Positions 19,824 through 29,843 of a stretch of DNA of 64,000 nucleotides are shown here, piece by piece. Source of the stretch: Candidatus Doudnabacteria bacterium (lineage in GTDB: Bacteria > Patescibacteriota > Doudnabacteria > UBA920); assembly GCA_020850635.1 (NCBI GenBank), contig JADZEH010000004.1:11085-75084 (forward strand). The letters run 5' to 3'. A model generated the notes under the pieces. That model saw only the letters and a list, made by a program, of their open reading frames with translations. It ran no database searches and was not told where the DNA came from. The position numbers and the translations under genes are program-made. Position 1 is the first letter of the stretch, and the number at the start of each line of letters is the position of its first letter.

Positions 19824-19885
19824 GTCGAAAGTTAGCTATTATATAGTGTGATTATATCAAACTTGGGCAAGCCTTCCAAATATTT

Positions 19886-22800
19886 TTACTCGGAAGAGGG
19901 TAAACTCTCTTCTGATAGAGGAGGCGATTGTTCTGGTTGTTCTTCAACAGATGGTGCTGGTTCTTCAACTGGAGGTGATTCTTCTTCTACTAGAGTCTCC
20001 TCTTGAGGAGGCGCTGTTTCATTTGCTGGTTCATTATTTCCCTCAGACGGCTCCTGTTCTTCAGAGGCAGTATTTTCACCAAGAACTTCGGGATTCAATT
20101 CAGTATCATCTTCAACTTCTTCAGCTAGTCCCTCGCTTTCAAAAATCTTTGGATTTTTCACCGCAAGAGCAATCCAGCTCAAAGGCACATCTTTTGGAGC
20201 GGGTTTATTAAGCAAGATTGTAAACCCAAAGACATTCTTCTTTATAACCAAGACTTGAATACCCTGTTCGAATAACTCAATCGCAAGGTCATCTTGTAAC
20301 TTTTGAATTTCTTTAATTTTCTCCACGTCCCCTGTTTTTATAATTTCATTATCAAGTTCACCAGCAATAGAAGCCACAACTACTGGTTGCTCTATATATT
20401 CTTTATCGAACTTAATATCGACACTAGTATGGCCAGCTTTTACCAAAGCGAAGCCCGCAGTATCGTTATTGAGATATGGACGACCAAAGAATGTGACGTC
20501 GCTAAGCATATCAATAATTCCACCAAGCTTACCAATAGCCTCAACTCTCAAACCACCTGTTGTAACTTGAGGAGAAATCACTTCAAACGCAGCACTAACT
20601 CGATCTGTAAACAACTCAGCGGACACACCTTGCCCCGCTGCTACTTTTTCAGCTTTAATATGTCTTAAGAAGACTAAGATTTTTTCGTCAGTAGTTAAAG
20701 AATCATCGATGTCATTATCTAAACCCGTACCAACTAGAGCTTGAGATTCCACACCAGATTCTTCAACCAAACCTTCGGTACTGTCTTCAATTAAATCACC
20801 AACAGCAGAGACCGAGATACGCATCTCTTGCATAAGTTGTTCAATTGGTAAACCAGAGAAGTTACCATGTTCAACGAAAATACTTACTTCACCACACTTG
20901 GTTGTCTCAGGTAGACCCTCACCCATAGCTGAACATACTGCCATGTCTTGTTCAGGAATACTATCTGTTAAAGCTTTACCGATAGTTGGTCCAGCGCCAG
21001 TGGCGCGCATGGCATACCCCGGAATTGACGCCGAGGTCAAATAATCTCCTGCCTTTACTGGTCCGTTTTCCATACTAAATTTCACGGGAATACGACCAGT
21101 CAACGCTATTGCGAAACCATCTTCAGCGTGCAAGCCCAGAATTATACCTGGTTGAGTTGAAACTACACCAAGTATTCCCCCGCTATACCTACGAGTTGAA
21201 CGTACTACGTCGTCGCCATCTCCATTTTTGTCGATAACTACAACTTGACCAGGCTCGAGAGCCTCTGTTGAGTAATAATATTCAGCTAAGTCAGCACCAC
21301 CGGTAAAACCAACTTCAATCCCAGTACTTCCTACGGCTGTAATACCATCAAGAACAATTTCCTGACGAATAGCGTACAATTGGTTGGCAACATAATCCAA
21401 ACCTTGCCCAAGACGGACATCTTCGGTAATAGCTGTAAAGTGAGCTTCAGACGCTATGATAAAAGTTCGAGTTGAAAGATCCATCGAGACTATATCGTCA
21501 TAATCAGTCCCCGCCCAATCTGTACCATCGTCATCGGTTTGACTGGCTTGACTGTGATAAACGTCCGCAACAATACTTGGACCATCTTGGTGATTATAAC
21601 AAGTTACACCACCAGTATCAGTACCACTATTCGTTCCAATACACAACTGACGAGCTTCCCCCAAAGGAGTTTCTCCTGTAATGCCAATACCACCTACGGC
21701 GTCTGAACCACCATATAACGCCTCGGGGTCAATTTCAAAATCTGCTGAAGTATCCATAGTACACGCCCCTGGTACTGCAGGGGTGAACGTTATAGTATCA
21801 GCGGTGTTGGCCGAAATACGACGAGTCAAACCGACACAGTCCGCATCATCACTACCAGTAATCTCGAGAATCGAACCAGCAAAGTCATTGGCAAACCACG
21901 ACTCCCCAGTATCAGTGACCGAGGTTGAAGTCGCAGAAGTGGCATTGGCAACTGTGATTGTTCTCTTAGTAGCACGAGGACGTTCAATGTTAAAATAACG
22001 GCGAACATAGAGCTGGGTCATAGTGGCTTGAGTTGTTGTTCCCACTATATACTGAACATCATCAATAGCCCCATCCCAGGCATTGGTCACCGCCCCGCAG
22101 TTGGCAGTCACAGTTGTGACACACGAAGCCCCAATAGTCACAATTTGGCTTCCATCAAAAGTTGCAGTAAGACCGGTAGCTGTAGAAAGAGTCATACCTT
22201 GGCCATCAATCCACGAATCTACATCATTGGCATTTGTTCGAGTGATAATTAAATTGTGCCACTGGTTATCGTTATAAGCATAAGTCGAAGTTGCGGTAAT
22301 ATCGTATGAGTTTGCTCCACCACCATCAGGACGAGTCCAGGTGGCGTCATCATCATTTGCCACAACAATCTGACCACTAGTATTCATGTAAGCAACCACG
22401 CATCCAATTGCCTGCCCAGGGGTTGCTGTAACACACTTTTCAAAAAGAGTATCAATTGCACCAGAAGGAGCTGTTGTTGAATGCTTAAACCATAGGGAAA
22501 TAGTCCAACCGACAGTCGACATGTTAAACGCCGTGTCTAGGTCACACGTATTATCCTGGTTAGCATCTGAACATAAGAAATCATCAGTATTATCAAATTG
22601 TATAGCCTTTCCTTGAACACCATCTACGCCAAGAGTAGGAGTCCCATTAATTGCCATATCAGTATTTAAAATAGAGACATCTTGGGCCTGTGTGCCCGAA
22701 GTATCATCCATTGGCAAAACCATGTCATTAATGCCGGCAAGCATCATCATTGGGGTCTGGCGCGTAGAATTATAGTACTTAACCCAACCAAGCAGCTGAG

Positions 22801-25800
22801 TGGTATGCTCGTGAAGCTCTGCCATACCTAAACTATGCCCCACGTAAATGACGTCTTCTGTGTTTAAGTTATTCGAAGCACGTTCCGCGATCTCCAAGTT
22901 ATCGGGCTTCCCCGTAAGAACATCGAATGCCGAGGTTGCTAGAGCTGGTCCAGTCGCACGAGCTTCATCCCACCGACGACTGAAAGTACCGTTAATTTCA
23001 CTGGCTTTGTCTGTATCAATTGTATCCCATCGTTCAAGTTGGTCTGAAGTACTATTCAAAGCATACATAAAACCTCGACTTGAAATTACCACCGCATTAT
23101 AGTCATCAGCTGTAACGTCTGAATACTGGTTCAATACCAAACCAGAAGGGTTAATAATCGTTACGCCAGAGTCAGTAGCTAGCCCAATAAAGACTTTTCC
23201 ATATCCAGGGTTAGTGTTAGTCGCGGCACCTAAAGCTGTCACTGCGGATTGGGTACGAGACATGACTACCGCGTGCACATCATTAACTCGCTCCCACTCA
23301 GCTTGTGTACCAGTAGGTGAAATTTCAAGTTTAACATTACTATCAACGTTATATGTCACTGCAGAATTACGACCACTAATTCCGACACCAGCAGCGGCAC
23401 GAGAAGTTCCGTTATAATTCCACATACGATCGTTCACGAAGTCGATGGCATATAAACCACCAGCAGATGAACCGTTTGCTCCAACATAAATAACACCGTT
23501 AAGCGCTATTACCGACGATGGGTCGTTGTTTGTATCAGCACCAAGCGCATAACCATCAGAATGTTGAGAAAACTTCATCCACATGTCGTTTGTCGCCGCA
23601 TCAAAAATATATAAAGCGTCTGTGGTAACCACCAAAAGAGCTTTTCGAGGGAATGAGGCTTTATAACAACGGTCGTCACTTGAAATAACACAAGTGTCAC
23701 TCGCACTGTCATCTAGTGCTTCTGCGTACCAAGAAAGGTTGTCAGTAGTTGCCCAGTCAATCCAACGACCGCCATCACTATCTCCTGAAGTATCATAAAC
23801 AAATACATCCTTAATTCCCGTAAGCGGTGTGTGATCATCAGAACCCTTGCTGATAATCTCACCATACACCGAAGCATTTCCACGTCTTTCCTCAGACCCA
23901 ACCTGTAACAATCGTTCAGTAGCTGCGCTTGCACTAATTGACGAAGTTCCAATACCAACGCGACCATCACCGTCCACAATAAACGGTGTGGTATCACCAG
24001 AGACGTCATCAATTCTCAAAGCATAGTTACCCGTGCCAGTCGCACGGTGATCAATATATAAACCTGTGGTTGCACTTGCAGTGCCAGTATTATCAATACG
24101 CAATACCGAACCAGTATTAGCAGCATCGGAACCGCTAAGCGTCAACTTTGCCAAAGCCCCAGTAAGTGCTGTTGATGATGAAGCGATTGCTAAACCATTT
24201 CCACTAGTTAATGCATTCGCGGTTATATTTAATCCGACCTCACTATCAATAGTATTAGCGGTAACGTTAACGGCATTAGCCGCGTTTGATTGTTGAACAA
24301 TGTCGAGCCCGACAACAGCCGCGGTCGTGTTAGCTTGGTCAACTTGTACCACAAACGCGCTGTCAGTACCGGCCGAGGATGGGTTGGTGAAGACGAGAGA
24401 ATCGTCTGCTGTTGTAAGTGAGATAGTTGCGTTAGTGCCGTCGACATCAGCAGCATAAGAAGACTGTAAAGTTGAGCCACCTCCACCTGTTTCATCAGCA
24501 GCACAACCCCAACGTCCCCCACCAGTCGCCCATTTTAGAATTTGAGTATCAGCACAATCCACTAGCGAATCATGTTGAACGTAACCACTGGCATCAGTAA
24601 GGTTGACGTTCGATGATCCCGCTTGAATGACACCTGAGACATCGGCGGAGGCGAACAAAGCAGCACCAGCACCGCTTACACTCCAATGTGCATCGTTCAA
24701 AACTAAATCTGAACCAGAGCTAGCACCTACTGTAATTGTGCCGCCAGTTGAGTTTCCAATGGTAATGGTCTGAGTACGAGCGGCTGTTCCAATTAAAATA
24801 GAACCGTTACCAGAAGTTGAAGTTCCAACATCTAATGAAATATTACCAGCGGTACCAGCTGAAGCGTTGCCAGTGATAATTGTTACCCCGCCAGTTGAAG
24901 TTGTTCCAGTTCCAGAGTTAAGTGTTACCAAACCCGAAGCACCCGAACCGTTGTTAGCTGAACCGATTGTAGTCGCGGCACGTGAAGTTAAGTTTGGTCC
25001 AAAGTCTAATAAAGAAAAATTATCAGCATCAATATCTTGAGCCCATGGTGTTTGACTTCCGCCGCCACAACCCGTACAAGTTCCGGTAACTGTAAGGTTA
25101 CCGTCAAAGAAAACATCACCATCAACTTCTAAGTCATCTGTTACGAGCAAGTCATCTGCCGCACCAAGAGAGTGATTGGTTGTGCCACTGCCAAGTCTTG
25201 AGTATGTCGTCGCTGTCGCTCCACCACCTTGCAATACTCCAGAAATAGTTAACGCTCCTGTAACATTTGTATTATCTTGGAGTTCTAAAGTACCACCCGC
25301 AGAATCTAAATTAATATTTCCAGAAGTTGTAGTCTGTAGAATCAAAGCTGAACTGGTAGAGTTAATCACTCTCGATGAACCGCCCGCTCCCGCTAAATTT
25401 ATCCCTACCCCAGTTCCTGCTTGTGTCACAACTAAGGCTGCACCAGTAACGTTTGCTCCGCTTGAAACTTGTAACGCATTGTTACTTGATGACACGCTTG
25501 GTGAATAATCAATCTTCGCACCAGGATTCGTTGTGGTTCCAGGTGCGTACGCAATATCAATTCTACCATCACCAACAACGTTGTTGGCGTTAAAAGCAAA
25601 AGCAGAAGCAACAAGTTGTTTACGCGGTGACATTTCACCATCGTAAGCAACACCAGTCGGAGCGAAGTTCACCGACAAATACAAAGCACCACCAGTCACA
25701 TCAAAAGTTATTGCATTACATGTCCCAAGTTTGACATTAAAAACACCACTAGTAACGGTTGGTTTGGCACATGAACCACTTGGTTGATCATAAGTTTCTG

Positions 25801-26047
25801 TCCACAACAAACTTCCCGCCGTTGGATCATCATAAATTTTAAATTCCATGGCGTAAGTTCCATTCGCCACATTCGTACTAGTACTAACTGCTGTGAGTTT
25901 ACCTTGGAAATTAATTAGCTTTGGGAAAGCAGCGTTCGCTGTTGACTGAAATGAGTACGCTGTTACAAAACCAACCACTATCAAAAGCATGCAGGTTAGC
26001 GCTGCGACGGTTTTAATTATCTGGTTGTGGTTTATTTTTAAACTCAT
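19886..26047 (-). CDS. Giant (2053 aa) secreted tail-fibre-like surface protein
   Basis: Signal peptide (...AYSFQSTANA), Gly/Thr/Ser-rich beta-repeats including GDGRVGIGTSSISAS...LLQVG, and a concanavalin/LamG-like jelly-roll (TISLWFKHSTTAPSGAIDTLF...ITRTNANDVDSWIDGQGM). Also a GHSLG nucleophile-elbow motif (VIYVGHSLGMAELHEH), a C-terminal DLAEYYYS...GQVVVID block and a Pro/Glu-rich acidic tail. Confidence 0.8.
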   Translation of the reverse strand: MSLKINHNQIIKTVAALTCMLLIVVGFVTAYSFQSTANAAFPKLINFQGKLTAVSTSTNVANGTYAMEFKIYDDPTAGSLLWTETYDQPSGSCAKPTVTSGVFNVKLGTCNAITFDVTGGALYLSVNFAPTGVAYDGEMSPRKQLVASAFAFNANNVVGDGRIDIAYAPGTTTNPGAKIDYSPSVSSSNNALQVSSGANVTGAALVVTQAGTGVGINLAGAGGSSRVINSTSSALILQTTTSGNINLDSAGGTLELQDNTNVTGALTISGVLQGGGATATTYSRLGSGTTNHSLGAADDLLVTDDLEVDGDVFFDGNLTVTGTCTGCGGGSQTPWAQDIDADNFSLLDFGPNLTSRAATTIGSANNGSGASGLVTLNSGTGTTSTGGVTIITGNASAGTAGNISLDVGTSTSGNGSILIGTAARTQTITIGNSTGGTITVGASSGSDLVLNDAHWSVSGAGAALFASADVSGVIQAGSSNVNLTDASGYVQHDSLVDCADTQILKWATGGGRWGCAADETGGGGSTLQSSYAADVDGTNATISLTTADDSLVFTNPSSAGTDSAFVVQVDQANTTAAVVGLDIVQQSNAANAVNVTANTIDSEVGLNITANALTSGNGLAIASSSTALTGALAKLTLSGSDAANTGSVLRIDNTGTASATTGLYIDHRATGTGNYALRIDDVSGDTTPFIVDGDGRVGIGTSSISASAATERLLQVGSEERRGNASVYGEIISKGSDDHTPLTGIKDVFVYDTSGDSDGGRWIDWATTDNLSWYAEALDDSASDTCVISSDDRCYKASFPRKALLVVTTDALYIFDAATNDMWMKFSQHSDGYALGADTNNDPSSVIALNGVIYVGANGSSAGGLYAIDFVNDRMWNYNGTSRAAAGVGISGRNSAVTYNVDSNVKLEISPTGTQAEWERVNDVHAVVMSRTQSAVTALGAATNTNPGYGKVFIGLATDSGVTIINPSGLVLNQYSDVTADDYNAVVISSRGFMYALNSTSDQLERWDTIDTDKASEINGTFSRRWDEARATGPALATSAFDVLTGKPDNLEIAERASNNLNTEDVIYVGHSLGMAELHEHTTQLLGWVKYYNSTRQTPMMMLAGINDMVLPMDDTSGTQAQDVSILNTDMAINGTPTLGVDGVQGKAIQFDNTDDFLCSDANQDNTCDLDTAFNMSTVGWTISLWFKHSTTAPSGAIDTLFEKCVTATPGQAIGCVVAYMNTSGQIVVANDDDATWTRPDGGGANSYDITATSTYAYNDNQWHNLIITRTNANDVDSWIDGQGMTLSTATGLTATFDGSQIVTIGASCVTTVTANCGAVTNAWDGAIDDVQYIVGTTTQATMTQLYVRRYFNIERPRATKRTITVANATSATSTSVTDTGESWFANDFAGSILEITGSDDADCVGLTRRISANTADTITFTPAVPGACTMDTSADFEIDPEALYGGSDAVGGIGITGETPLGEARQLCIGTNSGTDTGGVTCYNHQDGPSIVADVYHSQASQTDDDGTDWAGTDYDDIVSMDLSTRTFIIASEAHFTAITEDVRLGQGLDYVANQLYAIRQEIVLDGITAVGSTGIEVGFTGGADLAEYYYSTEALEPGQVVVIDKNGDGDDVVRSTRRYSGGILGVVSTQPGIILGLHAEDGFAIALTGRIPVKFSMENGPVKAGDYLTSASIPGYAMRATGAGPTIGKALTDSIPEQDMAVCSAMGEGLPETTKCGEVSIFVEHGNFSGLPIEQLMQEMRISVSAVGDLIEDSTEGLVEESGVESQALVGTGLDNDIDDSLTTDEKILVFLRHIKAEKVAAGQGVSAELFTDRVSAAFEVISPQVTTGGLRVEAIGKLGGIIDMLSDVTFFGRPYLNNDTAGFALVKAGHTSVDIKFDKEYIEQPVVVASIAGELDNEIIKTGDVEKIKEIQKLQDDLAIELFEQGIQVLVIKKNVFGFTILLNKPAPKDVPLSWIALAVKNPKIFESEGLAEEVEDDTELNPEVLGENTASEEQEPSEGNNEPANETAPPQEETLVEEESPPVEEPAPSVEEQPEQSPPLSEESLPSSE

Positions 26048-26059
26048 ACAATCGATGTA

Positions 26060-26266
26060 CTAGCTTTGAACCTCCGGTGCGGCCACAATAAAACCGCCTA
26101 AAAGCAAAATGGTGTCTTTTGCAAAACGGCGGTCACGACGATTACCAATGCGCACACCGGCAAGAACACCATCGCGTTCCCAATTGCGAATAGTGTTCGG
26201 ATGAACATTCAAGACTTCAGCAGCCTGACGTACAGTCAACAATAACGGTAAATTTCCTATGGACAT
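26060..26266 (-). CDS. Small excisionase-family helix-turn-helix DNA-binding protein
   Basis: LTVRQAAEVLNVHPNTIRNWERDGVLAGVRIGNRRDRRF matches the excisionase/MerR-superfamily HTH pattern. Lies 12 nt upstream of the giant gene. Confidence 0.7.
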   Translation of the reverse strand: MSIGNLPLLLTVRQAAEVLNVHPNTIRNWERDGVLAGVRIGNRRDRRFAKDTILLLGGFIVAAPEVQS

Positions 26267-26425
26267 TTTATTTTATTTTCCGGGTCAAAACAAGAAAGAG
26301 CACCCGGGGTTGCTTGGCTGTTTCAGAAACAAATTTTGGTCTCTGAATTAACTTAAATTGTTTTTTTCTTTCTATTCGCCTGTTAGGTAAGACTGATTTT
26401 GGTCTAACTTAACAAATCTATACTT

Positions 26426-26454
26426 ATTATAGCAAAAATTACGACAATTGTCAA
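26426..26454 (-). promoter_or_regulatory. Consensus sigma70 promoter TTGACA-N17-TATAAT (minus strand), extended -10 TGCTATAAT
   Basis: Reverse complement of 26426-26454 is TTGACAattgtcgtaatttttgcTATAAT, about 160 nt upstream of the HTH gene. Flanking context TCATTGACAA...TTTTTGCTATA is shared with the 38037-38065 promoter. Confidence 0.55.
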
Positions 26455-26566
26455 TGAAAAATGGCGCTATCAAGCCTTATTTTTGTAAATCTCTCTTAAA
26501 AAATTCAAAACCCGCTCATTAAATTTGAACGGGCTTCCAAAATTGCTATCCGATATTTTCTATTCG

Positions 26567-27577
26567 TTACGAGCGGGTACGTTTAAGTATGAATAGAGCA
26601 ATAATTACTGCCGCTCCAAGTAGTAATCCCCCAACAAGCACGACCACGATCAAGATTGTGGTAATCAACTGCCATGGGAAGACCCAAAAGCTTAAAGCCT
26701 CTGTATAATGGCGGGCGGCATCATTGTTGACTGTAAACTGGAGAGTGGCGGTATAACGACCCAAAGCAAAATGATTCCACTGCCACTTTAAGGTTTCGAA
26801 GTAAGACAAATCATCAGGAGCATAAAAGATATCAGTGCTGTGTTGCTCTGTCCTGTCCCCTCCAGACGTAACCCAAGCCGTGGTATAACGGCGAATACTT
26901 CTTGGTAACACACTACCACCGGTACGATTAGCATCAATTACTTTACTAGTGAACCCAAATAAATTTCGGATCGTAATGTCCCCGACTGGCTTCACCCTAT
27001 CTTCACCGCTATTTTGAAAACGATATTCAAACTCAACTGGTAAAGAAGAAAACATCGACTTCTTCTTTGTTGTGTTAAAACTTAAAATTGTTTCCCCTTC
27101 TGTAAAGGCACCGTTCACTCGAAACAAAATTAAAGAACCAACCTGACTCTCAAGTGCGATGTCAACTTCTTCTTCAGAGCTTGGAACATTTTTAGTTGCC
27201 AGGATACCAGCAAAGTACCCACCTGGATCAACATCTCGTGGTACTGTAATTGTAAAATCCACCGTGAGAAATTCTTTCGGGGGAATCTCAACACTTGAAG
27301 GCGCGCTTACCCAACTTGGTAAACCATCACTCCCACGAACAAAAGATGGTTCACCAGTTTCATCTTTAGTTTCAAATTTAACAAACTTAATATAATAAGT
27401 TTGGGTTGTGGTTAATTCATTGAAAAGTTTAAACGACCCGCTCGCTTCACCACCAGGGTCAGCCGCAAGTTCAACTCGGATAGGAGATATCGTTAGAGCC
27501 TCAACCGACTGAGGCAAAAACCACCAACCGCCAAGAACAAACACTGCGCCAAATATTATACCAAGAAATCGTGTCAT
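26567..27577 (-). CDS. Secreted beta-sandwich protein with C-terminal TM anchor and basic tail (CscA/DUF916-DUF3324-like family, paralog 1)
   Basis: Signal peptide, conserved blocks RFQNSGEDRVKPVGDITIRNLFG, ILPRSIRRY..W, GRYTATL, FWVFPWQ, then TM plus KRTRS. Rho-independent-like hairpin downstream (about 26490-26540). Confidence 0.6.
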   Translation of the reverse strand: MTRFLGIIFGAVFVLGGWWFLPQSVEALTISPIRVELAADPGGEASGSFKLFNELTTTQTYYIKFVKFETKDETGEPSFVRGSDGLPSWVSAPSSVEIPPKEFLTVDFTITVPRDVDPGGYFAGILATKNVPSSEEEVDIALESQVGSLILFRVNGAFTEGETILSFNTTKKKSMFSSLPVEFEYRFQNSGEDRVKPVGDITIRNLFGFTSKVIDANRTGGSVLPRSIRRYTTAWVTSGGDRTEQHSTDIFYAPDDLSYFETLKWQWNHFALGRYTATLQFTVNNDAARHYTEALSFWVFPWQLITTILIVVVLVGGLLLGAAVIIALFILKRTRS

Positions 27578-27584
27578 AAATATA

Positions 27585-28526
27585 TTACGAATTACTATTG
27601 CGCGACAGCAACCAGCGATTGTATCGCTTGACTGCAGTATAGCCTAACAAGACCAGAAGTACGAGCACGAAAATACCGACAACAAGTCTTTGCCACGGGA
27701 CTATCCAAAAAACTGTTGTTGTACGAATTTCTAACTTTGGATTGCCATAAAACAATATAGCTGTCGCCGTATAGCGACCAAAGCGCCAGCCTGATTCCCA
27801 GGTGCTTTGGAAGTTACGTTGTGATTCTGGCAGAATAATATTTGCATCACGGTTTACTGGCACGCTGCCAACCTGACGTCCGAACATGTTCTCAATAACC
27901 ACATCGCCTTTTGGTTTGATATGAGCGTTGCCCTGGTTGAAGATTGAAGTAAAAAAATTAACGCTTGAATAATCTAAACTAGGCTCTGCACGAAAGTTTG
28001 TCACTGTTGCACTGTAATTCGCGTTACCTAATTTAGCGATGACCAACACCCCAGCTTTTTGAGTAACTGTAACCGATGTCTCTGCTAGAACCGTGGGACG
28101 GTATGAAAACAACAATCCACCATAATGAGAACCCGGCTCAGCGTCTACTGGTGGTTCAATTGCAAATTGAACTTCCGTTTGGGCGCCTGGCTCAATCGTA
28201 AAATCTGGTTGATTAATAATACGAATCCACGAGCTTAAAGAAAAACGAGGATCGCTTTCCTCTCCGCTATTTAAAAAAACAGTCTCCCCTGTTTCTCCGT
28301 TTGGCACAAAATCATTGATACTAATTTCAATTGGCAGCGGAAGATTTGTTGTATTAGTTAGTGTAATAGTATGGAGTTGCACGTCCCCTGCTTCCAGCTC
28401 AGTTTCGATTAAGAAAGGACTCAAGGCTAAGCCCTGAACCTCTAAACGTTGTTCGCTATTCTGCGCAAATAATTGCAAAGGAAAAATGAACAGAACCAAA
28501 GCCACTATTAAAGTCTTTAAGTGCAT
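27585..28526 (-). CDS. CscA/DUF916-like secreted protein with C-terminal TM anchor (paralog 2)
   Basis: Same architecture and motifs (GDVVIENMFG, ILPESQRNF..W, GRYTATA, FWIVPWQ, TM, KRYNRWLLSRNSNS). Confidence 0.6.
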   Translation of the reverse strand: MHLKTLIVALVLFIFPLQLFAQNSEQRLEVQGLALSPFLIETELEAGDVQLHTITLTNTTNLPLPIEISINDFVPNGETGETVFLNSGEESDPRFSLSSWIRIINQPDFTIEPGAQTEVQFAIEPPVDAEPGSHYGGLLFSYRPTVLAETSVTVTQKAGVLVIAKLGNANYSATVTNFRAEPSLDYSSVNFFTSIFNQGNAHIKPKGDVVIENMFGRQVGSVPVNRDANIILPESQRNFQSTWESGWRFGRYTATAILFYGNPKLEIRTTTVFWIVPWQRLVVGIFVLVLLVLLGYTAVKRYNRWLLSRNSNS

Positions 28527-28527
28527 A

Positions 28528-29616
28528 TTAGTATTGCGCTGAAGTAATGTAAGTTAAAATATTTTGATACGATCCTGACTCCTGCAAGCTCCCAATCTCA
28601 AGTTTGTAGACCAAAGTTGTAGCTTCACTTGTTGCTGGTCCTGTATTACACGCAACCTCAGATGGCGTTGTTGTGATAGCCGCATAAGTATTATTCGCCG
28701 AGAAACGATTAGTACTACCAGTGCATAGAACACTGTCTGTTGTATGATATCCAAACGCGCCAGTAGTTACCGCAACTGGCCAAACATCAGGGCTAGCGTT
28801 GGTACCAGAAACACTATCGATATCAGCACCAGCAGATGTCCTCAATTCGCCATCATGCTGAAGAGTGGTTGTATACCCACTCACACCGTTTGTGCTCACT
28901 GTAACCGTATGAGCCGCTACAGCTGGGGTACTCACAACCAAGCTCCCATAAGTAATGGCGTTACTTGTTGTAGTTATAGTTGTAGTTTCGCCAGCCACAC
29001 TTGTACTCGATGCAACTCCTGAAAACGTTATAGCCAAACTTGGGCTACTTGTACTCGCACTAGCTTCAGAAGAAAAACCTGTCTCAGTGTCTGCTCCATG
29101 ACGAGCTTTGACTTTAATTTTGTAAGTCGTACTTGGAGTTAACCCAACAATTCGTTCACCACTACCGCTTCCCCAGTTAGTAAAAGTTTGCCAGGCTTCC
29201 GTCGTGGAAACAGTATCATCTGTTTGAACATAATTGGTAGTTACAAAGTTATCAGATGAAATCGCAATAGCATACTCCGTATCACTACTGTTACCACCAA
29301 TGGCAATGACAAAATCAAGTGAGTTATACAAAGTCCCACCTGTGTTGGTTAAGGTTGGCGCTCCAGGAACTCCCGGATAGGCCGGCCAAATAAACCCGAG
29401 TAAGGAACGAAAGTTAGTTGAACTTGAACCACTATCACTTACTGCCCCAATAGAATCCACCGAGCGATAGTTAGCCGAAGCACTGTTTTCGCCACCTCCG
29501 TCAATGGTCGCATCTTCAATACGATAGTTGCTTCCAGTTAAAGTTTCAGCCAAAACTGGAGTCGCCAAAACTGAGAAGACTAAAGATAAAATTGTAATTT
29601 TTTGTATCGAGTTCAT
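28528..29616 (-). CDS. Secreted protein with FN3-like middle and a conserved about 150-aa C-terminal domain (WxL-like candidate; paralog B1)
   Basis: Signal peptide MNSIQKITILSLVFSVLATPVLA; the C-terminus ...GSYQNILTYITSAQY matches that of 30943-32034. The start is moved to the second ATG (29616) because an extended -10 (TGGTATAAT, 29634-29642) lies 3 nt from the track's first ATG (29631). Confidence 0.55.
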   Translation of the reverse strand: MNSIQKITILSLVFSVLATPVLAETLTGSNYRIEDATIDGGGENSASANYRSVDSIGAVSDSGSSSTNFRSLLGFIWPAYPGVPGAPTLTNTGGTLYNSLDFVIAIGGNSSDTEYAIAISSDNFVTTNYVQTDDTVSTTEAWQTFTNWGSGSGERIVGLTPSTTYKIKVKARHGADTETGFSSEASASTSSPSLAITFSGVASSTSVAGETTTITTTSNAITYGSLVVSTPAVAAHTVTVSTNGVSGYTTTLQHDGELRTSAGADIDSVSGTNASPDVWPVAVTTGAFGYHTTDSVLCTGSTNRFSANNTYAAITTTPSEVACNTGPATSEATTLVYKLEIGSLQESGSYQNILTYITSAQY

Positions 29617-29633
29617 ATGGTTTTTATACATTC

Positions 29634-29642
29634 ATTATACCA
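29634..29642 (-). promoter_or_regulatory. Extended -10 element TGGTATAAT(GAAT) upstream of B1
   Basis: Reverse complement of 29634-29642 is TGGTATAAT. The same TGnTATAATGAAT occurs upstream of the CAP gene (39625-39633). Confidence 0.4.
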
Positions 29643-29656
29643 TATAGCCTAAGTTA

Positions 29657-29728
29657 GCAGGTGGTTGATGTTGTACTAAAACCAGTCGCTCCGCTCCGAT
29701 GGTTTTCTTAACAACATCAACCACCTGC
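29657..29728. repeat. 72-nt perfect-stem hairpin element (copy 1): 18-bp outer stem GCAGGTGGTTGATGTTGT/ACAACATCAACCACCTGC enclosing a conserved core with inner stem AAAACCA/TGGTTTT and loop GTCGCTCCGCTCCGA
   Basis: A 49-nt core is identical to the reverse complement of 39701-39749. The outer stems differ between copies yet each pairs perfectly. Confidence 0.6.
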
Positions 29729-29843
29729 ACCAATAGGCATTCAAAGGTAAAGACGATTCCCTTGTTGTTAAGAAAAGTATTTGGTCCCCTCTACTTTTCG
29801 TACAATAAGGGAATCGGATTTATCAAAAAAACCGCCCGGTTTC

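Noticed and set aside
20303-25653. Numerous plus- and minus-strand ORFs inside the two giant genes (e.g. 21681-21998, 25176-25508, 33754-34002, 36070-36477)
   Set aside because: They are embedded in or antisense to the long repeat-rich reading frames. Their Ser/Thr/Ala-rich products are mirror images of the giant proteins' repeats.
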